DNA of 64,000 nt from Eledone cirrhosa (lineage: Eukaryota): positions 76,260,001-76,324,000 of the forward strand of contig OZ024742.1 in NCBI GenBank assembly GCA_964016885.1. The letters are read 5' to 3'. A program made the position numbers and the translations under genes. Positions 1-11,233 of the stretch are shown one piece after another. The notes beneath the pieces were generated by a model, which saw only the letters and a list, made by a program, of their open reading frames with translations, was not told the DNA's origin and searched no databases. The first letter of the stretch is position 1; the number at the start of each line of letters is the position of its first letter.

Positions 1-2420
1 ACCCAAGTCTGACAGTCATCTCAGCCTATAGTCCAACCGAGGGAGACAGTCATGTGAGTGCAGAAGAGTTCCATGAGGAGGTGTGTAGAGATGTCAATAC
101 CACACAAGCTCACAACATGCTGCTTGTTCTGGGGGACTTCAATGCACATCTGAGTAAGGAGAGCAGCAGTGAAGATCCTTGCTGGTACTTCCATCACAAC
201 ACCAACCGAAATAGAAGACTACTGAGAGACACCCTGCTGGAAGCCGACTTGATAGCAACCAACTTAAAGTTTAGGAAGAATCCGGGGAAGATGTGGACCT
301 ACATCTCAGATATGTACCTGTCCAAGTCCCAGATTGATTTCATTCTGGTGAGGAAAAAGTGTTGGAATAGTCTTCTGAACACAGAACCATACAACTATTA
401 CAGTACACTGGGCAGTGAGATCCGGCTTGTAAGTGAAGAGCTTAAGAAAGAACAAGGCTCAGCCCCGGAGAGCAATCTATGACTAGGGAGCTTTCAAGGA
501 ATATGATAAGCTACGGCAGAGTATCACAGTAGAACTGAGGAATAGGTTGAGTGTTCTGTGTGGAAAGACATAGGAGAGAGAGATTGGAGGGACTGAGTAG
601 AGTGTGACGAAGAGGTACTGGTACTTCACCAATGCAGTGGCGGAAGCAAGTGAAACATGGTGCTGAGGGGGAAGAATAAAAGGAAGCATGTCAGCTCTGC
701 AGACCCAAAAGTGTGTGCAGCCAGAGAACACCTGAAATCTGCCAAGGACCAATTCTATACTGAGAAGTGTGGAGAGAGAGCGGTTGGCAGGTCTGGATGT
801 AAGGAGAGCTGGATGATCATCAACGAGATCACAGGGAGAAAGAGATGGTGTTCGAGTCAGATCCAGGGAACAGGGCCCGAGGATAGGAAGGGGAAATGGT
901 TGGACCATTTTAGGACCCTACTAGGAGAGCCGCCCTCCACAGCCCAGAACACTGCGGAGATCAGGGGTCTGTTTGAGGAACTGGATATTGAGACAGAGCC
1001 CTTCACCATAGAGGACCTTCAGAGGGCCAAGAAGAAGTGGAGGGAGGGCAAAGCTCATGGGGAAGATGGAGTGGCATCAGATGTGATTTTGATGATATCA
1101 TCCTGGAGTTCTGTACCAGGCACGGGAGAAAGAGTTGCCCCGAATCAGTGGAGGATCAGTAACATCGTTCCAGTTCCAAAGAAGGGAGATTTCTCTAACA
1201 CCACAACTACAGAAGGATCTCACTGACGTCACTTGTAGCAAATACCCTCAACAGGATGATTCTTAACAAGATACATGCCGAGATGGAGAAGAAGCTCAGG
1301 GACAACCAGAACGTCTTAAGAGATCAACCAGCAGTCACATCCTGTATATGAGGAGGATATTAGGGGTAGCTAGAGCGAAGTGCCTACCTGCGGTTATGAT
1401 TTTCATTGACTTTAGGAAGGCCTTTGATTCAATGGACCATCACTGCCTGATGAAGATCTTACAGGCTTATGGAAACCCCAAGAAGCTAGTGGACCTGATA
1501 TCACTTTTCTACACCAACACCAAAGCCCAAGTCATTTCACCTGATGGCATGACAGAGTTCTTTGAGATACTGACTAGAGTGCTCCAGGGAGATTCAGGGG
1601 CTCCCTACCTTATTATCATCGTAGTGGACTACCGTATGCGCCTTGCGCGTTGCGCAGGAGAAAGACACCACGATGATTGGCTTTACTGTAACACCGGCTC
1701 AGTGCAGGAGAGTTATGGTAAACAAGATATCGACATAATTTTGGTGACAAACATGTGAAGGAGGCAGATCATTTGGTGCAGGAGGTGGAGATTGTGACGA
1801 TGACTGTGGGGCTGAGAATGAATGAGATTAAGACAAAATATCTGGTAGAGAATATTAAGAAGCCAGAGAAGATTACTAATGTAGACGGGAAGCCGCTAGA
1901 ATTGGTTGAGGACTTCCTGTATTTGGGAGCAAAGATTGGGAATATGGAAGATGATGTGGTCGAGAGGAAGAGCTTGAGATCGGTGTGGAAGTCGGACCTT
2001 CAGACCTGAATATCCGCCTCTTCATTGCTGCTATACCGGTCTGAGACTTGGGCACTGACCAATACACTCACTCAGATGGTGGATGGGTAGAACACGAGAA
2101 CGCAGAGGATGGCTATTATTATTAAACAGTATACACTGATGATGAAGAACTCAGAAATGTACGGGAGTCTCCCAAAAGTCAGCTCAAAAGTGACACAGAT
2201 GAGACTGAGGTGAGCTGGACATGCTCACCGACATCCATAGATGACACTGCACTCAGTGCTCCTGTGGGAGCCCCTGCATAGACACACTGGAAGTGGAAGA
2301 CCGAAGTTAACATATGTTGATGCCCTAAGAACAGACACTGGTCTGTTTGAGACGCAGGACAATGCAGCGATAATGAGGAACAGAGACCGCTGGAGAGAAC
2401 TCGTCCATGTATCTCGGGAA
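1..2420 (+). mobile_element. Decayed RTE-clade non-LTR retrotransposon (APE endonuclease + RT), cut by the window edge
   Basis: Successive frames give GDFNAH and SQIDFILV (APE), IVPVPKKGD, FIDFRKAFDS, VLQGDS, DFLYLG and the C-terminal LLWEP..GRPKLTYVD. Many stops and frameshifts. Confidence 0.9.
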
Positions 2421-3200
2421 TTTTATATTTATATATCTCCGTTTTCCTTAATTTATACTTTAACTGCTGTTGAAACAGTAATTCTTGTTTGATGGCCCTG
2501 CGATAAATAGGCGAAACTCCATTGTAACAACTCTCACTATTTAGCTTCAATATAATGAATATATATGAAGTTGATAAATAAAACAATAAAACGCAGGAAT
2601 AGTAAAGTTATACATATTGGTGGATTTCCACCTCGGTTCCATAACCTGTCTGTGCATCATAATGGGGATTTTCTTCGTGGAAATGTTTCTCTTTTTACCT
2701 GTTGCTGGGTATAAGGATAACGCCTCTCTGTTCCTAGATAAGTTTTCTTATCGTGATCTCACTTTATTGCACCTGTATGTGCTGTGTCCCTGCTGTTTCT
2801 TTAAATTAGTATACGGATTATCCGAATCATTTTCTTTTTTAAATTTTACTTTTTACTTAAAAAACAACAAAAAACCTTATCTTTAGGAGGATACATGTTC
2901 TGTATTTCCACATTCTTGTTTCCATAATTCGTACTTACTTAATAGTGAATCAACATCCCTTTTCGAACATTTCACTTACATTTCTTTGTCAATTCATTCA
3001 TAATTCTGTTCATTAGGGGAGGTTCTCAATCATAAAAGTTCGCTATCTATATGCACACACACATACACACACTGGCGCACAGACACATACACACACACAC
3101 GCGCACACATATATGTATAAATATATATATATATATATACACATATATATATACATATATATACATATATATAGGAACGATCGACTTTCGTCAAATCGGA

Positions 3201-3352
3201 CGCTCTGTTTTTAAATATGTTAATTATTTTCAACTGAACCAGATCAATAATGATATATACTCATCTGATCCAGAAATATTATATGGAGTAGCGAAACAAT
3301 TGTAAACGGACATTATTATTATTAATATTATTATTATTCTCTACATTCCTTA

Positions 3353-3434
<82 letters not shown>

Positions 3435-3586
3435 TAAGGAATGTAGAGAATAATAATAATATTAATAATAATAATGTCCGTTTACAATTGTTTCGCTACT
3501 CCATATAATATTTCTGGATCAGATGAGTATATATCATTATTGATCTGGTTCAGTTGAAAATAATTAACATATTTAAAAACAGAGCG
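3201..3586. repeat. Perfect palindrome: two 156-bp arms around a (TA)n core
   Basis: 3201-3356 is the reverse complement of 3431-3586, with (AT)n at 3357-3430. Confidence 0.95.
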
Positions 3587-4560
3587 GCTCATCGGAATTT
3601 CAAAGGAATATAAATTAAAATAAGGAGAGAATGTTATATAATCTAGTGTTCCATATGTTGGTGTTTCACTATGGTGTCCTGTTTGTATCAGTTGTCAGCC
3701 ATAATGAAGCAGTATTCAGCTGTCGAGGCTGCATTGTGTGAGTTCTGCCTATGGGTAACAAGATGGCCGCCAAAGGACATATTTTCCTTACTAATTAGAG
3801 GGTGGTTTCAGGGGAAGTAACTCCTCAAAAGATTAGAAATTGTGTGTAGTTTATAGATAAGTGCTAATTTTTAATTTTTTTAATTGAGAGACAATGTAGG
3901 GGAGGTAACTTATAATTATCTAAGTTATAGCTATTTAACATATTAGCTACAAGTGAAAATGGGGCTAGATGACTATGTTGGGTCAAATATTCTATTGGCG
4001 AAGGAATTAGCCCTTCGATGTTGACAGCTAATAGTTACCTCCGTTCTATCGTTAATCGGTAGAGGTCGTGATAGAGTTATGTAATATGCTTCAGTAATAC
4101 AGAGATCACAAGATTTTCTTCGTCCATTGAACGGTTGGGCTTTAGCTACGATATCCCATTTTAGTGAGTGTTCAATGTTGCTTAATTTGAGGTTTTTAAT
4201 GAGCCTAGCTAGAGATGTCGAACATCTGTTGCTAGGGTCTCGGAAGGAAAAAGAATGCGCGTTATAGCGTATCTTAAAAGGGTTAGAGGTAGACCCGATA
4301 TAAGGGCTGGTATTCGAAGCAGTGTTAACCGTGCACCTATAGACTATGTTGGGTGTAAGGCAGTGTCCATTTAATGGGCATGCATTAGGGTAACACAAGT
4401 TGCAGTTGCTTCTGCGGTTAGTGAGAGTAAGTTAGTTTAACCTAAGCTGTTGGTTAGTGCTAGAAGGATTAGATGGAGGAGGTGTGCTACTAGAGTAATT
4501 ATTGGTGTAGTGGCGTGGTGTATTTGATAGGGGTGGTGGTACCGTGGTGTGGGAGTTATA
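3587..4560 (-). mobile_element. Penelope-like element 3' part (GIY-YIG endonuclease + 3' UTR), possibly Naiad-type
   Basis: ORF 3973-4398 reads CPLNGHCL, NIVYRC, YIGSTSNPFKIRYNAH, CDLCITE, NDRTE..SCQH. Confidence 0.88.
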
Positions 4561-4713
4561 CTCTGTTTTTAATATGTTAATTATTTTCAACTGAACCAGA
4601 TCAATAATGATATATAGTCATCTGATACAGAAATATTATAGCGAAACAATTGTAGCGAAACAATTGTAAACGGACATTATTAATATTATTATTATTATTC
4701 TCTACATTCCTTA
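4561..4713 (+). repeat. Third, diverged copy of the 3201-3356 arm
   Basis: Same sequence with a few substitutions, a small deletion and a tandem duplication of gcgaaacaattgta. Confidence 0.9.
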
Positions 4714-4977
4714 TTTGAAACTAAAATATGTTGACAATCTTTTAATAATGTTTTCCTTGTGAAATGTGTGGTTTTGTTTTGCTTAACTAATGAATATTTC
4801 CAGTTCTGCGCACCTAATCTCTCCATGAACCCAGCCACCTAGCTGCTTTCTACTGCATATTGCACATTGAGCACATGCCTTTACGCTTTGGCTTCTAACT
4901 AATTCACCAATCTCTCGTCGTCTCCTATCTCCTCTCCTATCTCCATCTCTCTATTTAAGATTGGTTACTATTGAACT

Positions 4978-5032
<55 letters not shown>

Positions 5033-5414
5033 TTTACATATATATATACATACATATACATATACGTGTTTTGCAACTGGTCACTTTGTGGCTCAATGAA
5101 ACATTAATAAATTGAACAATCAGAGCTATATATCATAAAATATGTCTATAGAATCACAAGATAAAATATATACTATTTCCTCTCCCAATTAGCATAATTA
5201 ACTATATAAAAAATCGAATAGACCAGGCTATAAGAATGAGGCTTCTATGAAGAAATCTCTGATAAATAACCGAAACTAGCGCTTCGCGTCGGCCGTAGCG
5301 GAGTATTTATCGAATATTTCGACAGTGTAATCGCCCAGATATAGTCAACTAAACAGACAAGCTCAAAGTATAAATACTGAGCATTGTATTATAATATATA
5401 TATAATAATATATA

Positions 5415-5605
5415 GGTGGTAGATTGGCAGTATCGGTAGAGGGTCGGACGCCATGCTTTCCAGCATAGAGTTACGGCCTTTGCCATTCTGAGTTCAAACC
5501 GCGCCGAGGTCAACTTTGCCTTTCATCTTTACGGGGTCGATAAAATAAAGTACCAGTAATGCACTGGGTAATTGCTGGCCTTGTGCCAAACGCAGAAACA
5601 ATTAT
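5415..5605 (+). mobile_element. tRNA-derived SINE
   Basis: A-box-like tggcagtatcgg, B-box gagttcaaacc, core gccgaggtcaactttgcctttcatc...gtcgataaaataaagtaccag. Six copies in the window. Confidence 0.85.
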
Positions 5606-5735
5606 ATAATAATATATGTAGAAATAAACACAGTAAATTGTGTGTCTAAAATTAAGAGGGTTCAAATATCACATTTCATCCATCGTAATTTTAGACACAC
5701 AATGTACTGTGTTTATTTCTACACATATTATTAAA

Positions 5736-5914
5736 TAAGTGTTTCTACTTTAGGCACAAGGCCAGCAATACCCAGTACATTACTGGTACTTTATTTTATC
5801 GACCCCGTAAGGATGAAAGGCAACGTTAACCTCGGCGGGATTTGAACTCAGACTGTAAAGGGACGTAACTATGCTAGAAAGCATGGCGTCCAACCCTCTA
5901 CCGATACTGCCAAT
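5736..5914 (-). mobile_element. tRNA-derived SINE, inverted partner of 5415-5605
   Basis: Reverse complement matches the same SINE family. Confidence 0.85.
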
Positions 5915-6486
5915 TATTGAATAATGCTCAGTATTTATACTTTGAGCTTGTTAATTGCAGGGTATCGGTATGAGTTAGTAACTCTGTATTTTATTTGTAT
6001 ATATTAATATATATATACATATATATTTATCTATATATATGTGTGCGTGTCTGTCTGTGTGTCTGTGTGTGTATTTGTAAGTGTGTGTATATGTGTATTG
6101 CGAGAAAGATATTGCATATTACATATTACATAAGACCAGAAGGTTTACTTCAAACACAGTGATCGAACGATCGCTTTAAATTAGTGATTTGATACACACT
6201 CTAAGTTTTGCTTCATCATACAAGACAGAGAATAATCGGAAATAATTTTAAATATTCTTCTAGGTGTGTAATGAAAATCAAATGTGCGTGCTATCGACAG
6301 CATAATAGATTGCATGGTTATTAAGGTGACTTTACGAAAGTATTCCAGAAATATATTTTTCCTATAGCTATGATCAAATTGTCTGTTTAATAATGCTATA
6401 GATAAACTTTCTAACAGAAGGTTTATATATATACTCTTTTAAACTGTTACCTGTTCCAGCCATTCGGCTGAAGCCATATACATATA

Positions 6487-7373
6487 CGTGGTGGGTCAGA
6501 AAAGTTCCAGGACTGATGTCACAAAATATTTATTTCAAACCCAAACTTCACAATAAGAGTGCTCTCCTTCAAAGTAATGCCCCTGGGATCTAATGCACTT
6601 GTCCATCCTTTTCTGCCACGCTTGCATCACTCTTGGAAGGATTCTTCCGATCCTCCGCACTTCCGTCGTCACGGCCTTTTTGATGTCGTCCACATCTTCA
6701 AAACGGGTCCCCTCTGGGTCGTACTCGAAGATCCATGACTCATCACCGGTGATGGCTGTCCCTAGCAAGTCTGGTTCGGTTTGACGACGCTCGATGATGT
6801 CCTGGCACACTTGCATGACCCTTCTGGTCATGGTTCACCAGTTTTGGCACCATTTTTGCGCAGACTTTCCGCATGTCCAAATCTTCAGTGAGAATCTTCC
6901 AGAGGCTGTCCCGATTCATGCCCAGCTCATTTGTCATCAGTCGAAAAGTCAGCCGACGATCGCTACGCATCATCTGCCTGACGCGCTTAACGTTGATCTC
7001 AGTCCTGGTTGTTGAGGGCCTTCCGCTCTTGGGGTCATCTTCCACGTCCTCGTGTCGTTCTTTAAACCTCTTTCACCACTCAAATCACGTGTGCGTGACA
7101 TCGACTCATCTCCTTACACTTGCTGCCACAATCCCAGTGCTTCTGACGGTGTTTTCAAGTTTGTTCATTACTCTGTGCTCATTGCTTGACGACCTTAAAG
7201 AGAGGACATGTATATAAAATTATGAAGAAAAAAGTTTGAACGCTGCAGAGAGCTAATATTACAGTTACCTACTCCAGGAGGATTACTTTGGAGGTGAAAA
7301 CTGTAAGTGTGAAGTTTGGGTTTGAAATAAATATTTTGTGACATCAGTCCTGGAACTTTTCTGACACACCTCC
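6487..7373 (-). mobile_element. Internally deleted mariner transposon with long TIRs and TA target duplication
   Basis: About 100-bp inverted termini (cgtggtgggtcagaaaagttccagg / cctggaacttttctgacacacctcc) flanked by TA. Transposase fragments EDDPKSGRP, VCAKMVPK, ITGDESWIFEYDPE, GHYFEG. Most of the catalytic domain is deleted. Confidence 0.92.
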
Positions 7374-8915
7374 TATACTTGTAGTATGTAATTATGTACC
7401 TATGTATATTCCACTCATTTATAATTGAATAAGTAACTTATTGAAAAAATAAAAAATAAAACTACATTGAAATATTGTAATTACGTGTGTAATATCACAT
7501 AATTCTGAATCAAGATGTTCATGATTGTATATAATGGTTTGCATATTTATGCTCCATTCAAGCATTCTTTCATTTGGTCCCCGAATATATATTCAAGGAA
7601 ATATTATACAGGGGATTGAATCCGTTGCTCAATATAATCCCCAAACTTATGAAACTAAATTGTATTTATGTTATGAAATGTAGAAATAGATCCTCATTGA
7701 GGAGCAAAAGCGCATTCTCCATTTTGTAACTCACTTAATTAGATCCAACAGCGGTATTCGTTATAGCGCCAGTGTCTATTCCTGCTTTTGGAATTAAGAG
7801 TTCATATTTTATACTTCCGTAATCCTCACTTACCTCATTATATTCACCTTAATCCTTGTATTGATGTGTACATTGCCATCTCAGTTGTTAAAGTCAGTGG
7901 TAAAATTCAAACGAAATATTTTGGTAGGTGTTCCTTAAAAGTTAAATTATGAATGACTAGTTTATCATATCACATAAAAAAACTAGTATAACACTTTTTA
8001 TGTATTCCATTCCGTACATTCAAACACAATGTGTGCTATATATATAGTGAATATGGAATATTCAAGAGAAACAAATCAATAGAAATCTATGAAAGAAAAA
8101 GAAAGTAGCATTGCAAAAGACTATAAATGAGAGGAAATGGATAGAAAGGGCAAGGGGTAATAAGCAACGAAAGATTGGGGTTGGTGTAAGTGTGGCAGAC
8201 ACTTCATATAAGTATGAGTGGAGTTTCAGCTGTCCAGTGGACAAAATAGGAAAGGTTTTGCCGCAGACAATGGCTAGCGACACCCACTGCAACAGACATA
8301 TCACCTCGCGCGTCTCTTTATTTAGACGGGCTGCTGCCATTCCGAGTTTACGGAAACGTTGTGCTGAACGGGGTCAGAGGAAGCCTGAGGTATCGACGGC
8401 CGACTGTGGAAAGAGAAAGCTGTCGTAGAAGCTGTGGTATTTATTCACCTGCCTCTCCTCTGCATTGCGGCTCTAGGTTCCAGGGCTTGTGACAAACGAG
8501 CGAGGATCGAGACAGAAACGTGTTGCCCTATGCTGCATCCCAGAGAAGGGATTATCATATTAGAAGGAAATAGCCTTTAATGAATATCTTAATTTCTAGT
8601 TTTTGAGCCTTACCATAGCTCCCAACTCTTTAGACACAGTTGACACTGTAGACACTGCAGACACTGTAGACACTGCAGATAATATAAACATTGAATATAG
8701 GGAATGTTTATTAGTTTATGCTTAAAATATATCGATCTGTTAATGTCGTATGGTAATTGTAACTTGCAGCCTATTTGGAAAAAGAGAACAAAATCTAGCG
8801 GTAATTGTGTGTCCAGAGAGAAAGTTTAGTTTCACGTAATGAATTCATAGACTTAGTTGAAACGCTTGTCCAGCACAACAAACATATGCAGTGATAGTAA
8901 CTCTAGGAAATAATA

Positions 8916-8945
8916 CGAGGGTCGGCTGAAAATATCATAGGCTGA
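8916..8945 (+). mobile_element. Isolated mariner-like TIR remnant
   Basis: ta-cgagggtcggctgaaaatatcataggctgac resembles a mariner terminus. No partner end seen. Confidence 0.4.
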
Positions 8946-9872
8946 CTATAAAGGAGTCATGCATGTAAATATTTTAACTCTTCTCCTTATTAACTACAAT
9001 GTTTCTTTCCAGTGGGGAAAATACCTCGGCAAATATGTATATGTATTTGTCATAATGATTAGGGAGTTAACATGGCGACAAGGAAGGTCGCTTGACCACG
9101 TCTTGACCGAACAAAATATAATATTTTCACCAAAAACTGCCCTTTAAACACGTCAGATGGATTACAATATTCATTATCACAATTACTTTCACTGTTCCCT
9201 GACAACTAGTACCAGTTTCAAGATAGAATTATTTTAACGAAGTATATATAATTTGACTTGATTTTCGCCAACAAACCACGTGTGGACATGGACGGGGAAA
9301 AAAGAAAAAAAAACAAAAAAACAAATCACTACGTCCCTTAAGGATCGCAGTAAGTACTCCACAAAACATATAAACAACAATATACACACAGATTTATATA
9401 CAGATACATACCATATGCATATACACACACGTGAAAAGAAACCACACTATTTCGTGTGAGACACTATACCGGCCAATTTTACCAATTTACATTGGTAAAA
9501 TATTTCTTAACATTGACCTCGCTTCTAACCCACATACACCTTTTAATTATATATATATACTAGCAGCTGAAAGTTAATAATTTGGAAAAAAAAATATTAT
9601 TGAAAGTTTACTATAAAGAAGCAGTATCAGGGGAAAAAAAAAAACAAAAAAAAACCTTATTTCGCTGTTAATAAACAACTGCCTTCTACAGTACGTTTCA
9701 TTTAACTTACGCAGCATATTTATTTGTTTACATGTAATGTAATTCAGACTCTTCTGTACACACACAACATTTAGGAAAACGGAAACAAAATACACAAAAA
9801 AACAGACATTTTATTTCTATCGTAATCAAGTGCGCTAAACCTATATTGTTTACATTCTGTGTTTTTCTACGG

Positions 9873-11233
9873 ATGGGTAGAAATAACAAAATTGCCATGG
9901 TGATATCCATCGATGAAATATGCGACAAAACCGGCCGATGTCCCAAGATAGAACATTGCCCAGAAAATCACATCTGCCATATCTGTGCGGAACCCGAAAA
10001 CTCGTTCCGTAATCGCTGGGTCGAATGTGGAACCTGTCGCATCTCTGTCTGCCTTCAATGCGTCACAGGCTTCCGGAGGATCCCAGGCCAAAAAAAGAGA
10101 CATCATAATGCTATGATGGATGGAATATGGGAGATGGTCCAGCTAAAATCCTGGTCCTTTCAGTGTCTGGCCTGTGTGCCTGCCTCCACGAATGTTATTA
10201 ATGTTATTGAAAAACAACAACAACAACAAAAACCAATGACTGTGTCTTCCTCTACCATTGCTACTGAACAACGGCAAAAACCTATGACACTGGCTTCTAC
10301 TGTTATTCCTGTGGGAGAACATCAGAAACAACAACAACCCATGTCTTCCACTCCCAGTACATCTCGACACCAACAACTGGTGACTGTGTCTTCCCCTAAC
10401 ATTCCCGTGGAGGAACATCATCATCACCAACAACAACAACAGCAACAACCTGCGACTGTGTCCTCCCCTGCCATTCCCGTGGAGGAACATCATCATCACC
10501 AACAACAACAACAACAACAGCAACAACCTGCGACTGTGTCCTCCCCTGCCATTCCCGTGGAGGAACATCATCACCAGCAGCAACAACAACAACAACAACA
10601 ACCGACCAGTACAGATTTTGCGGAACTGCAACTAATGATTTCTGCTCTGAGAAAGGAAGTTGCAGGAATAGAGGCAAGCATTCGGGTAGGACCCCACAAT
10701 GAGGGGTCTTATCGGAATGCCTTGCTAAAGAATCTCCCTGTACCTCTTGCTGGAAAGACTGAAAAGACTGCGGAATCTGCTACCCATGAAGTGATTGCCA
10801 TTGGCGTACCAGAGGACAAGGCCGATCTTCAGGCATTTGCTGCCAGCTCGGCCAAAGACCTAGGCTGTGTTCCCCCAAAGGGTGCCCTCCGCCTTGCCGA
10901 CCTGGTCCAAAACCCAGACTCATCAGGCTGTCTTTCTCGGACCCCGCAGAGGCAACCTCATATCATCTGGCCTCTGCTAAAGCTGGGCGTGAAAATCGGA
11001 TTACCTTCCGAACACGCCCAGGCCTACCACCCCATGTACGTCCAAAACTACGTGCTGCAGCTTCCTTGAATCGGAACTCAGCACAAGATGAAAGTTTCAG
11101 TCTGCGTGATGATGGGCAGATCTGGAGGTTTGTCAAGGCTGGTGAAACGTGGAAGAGAGATACCAGCTGGTCTGAGTGTGATCTACCCACAATAACTGGC
11201 AATGTAAAAACTGCTACAACTCTGGGAAACTAA
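9873..11233 (+). CDS. LINE ORF1: PHD-like zinc finger, Q/H-rich repeats, coiled coil, RRM-like C-terminus; 1-nt deletion near 10896
   Basis: CHIC..WVECGTC..VCLQC..FQCLAC and ELQLMISALRKEV. After the frameshift the frame stays open through RL(G)RPGPKPRLIRL...TLGN to TAA at 11231-11233. Confidence 0.8.

Noticed and set aside
2630-2830. Possible PLE linker remnant; similar weak PLE traces near 23300-23660 and 40000-40330
   Set aside because: Too decayed to support without an alignment.
8111-8560. 105-aa ORF and moderately GC-rich patch
   Set aside because: No recognisable motif. It may be a repeat fragment but I cannot assign it by eye.
10143-10631. Antisense poly-Leu/Val ORFs
   Set aside because: Mirror frames of the (CAA)n repeats in LINE ORF1.
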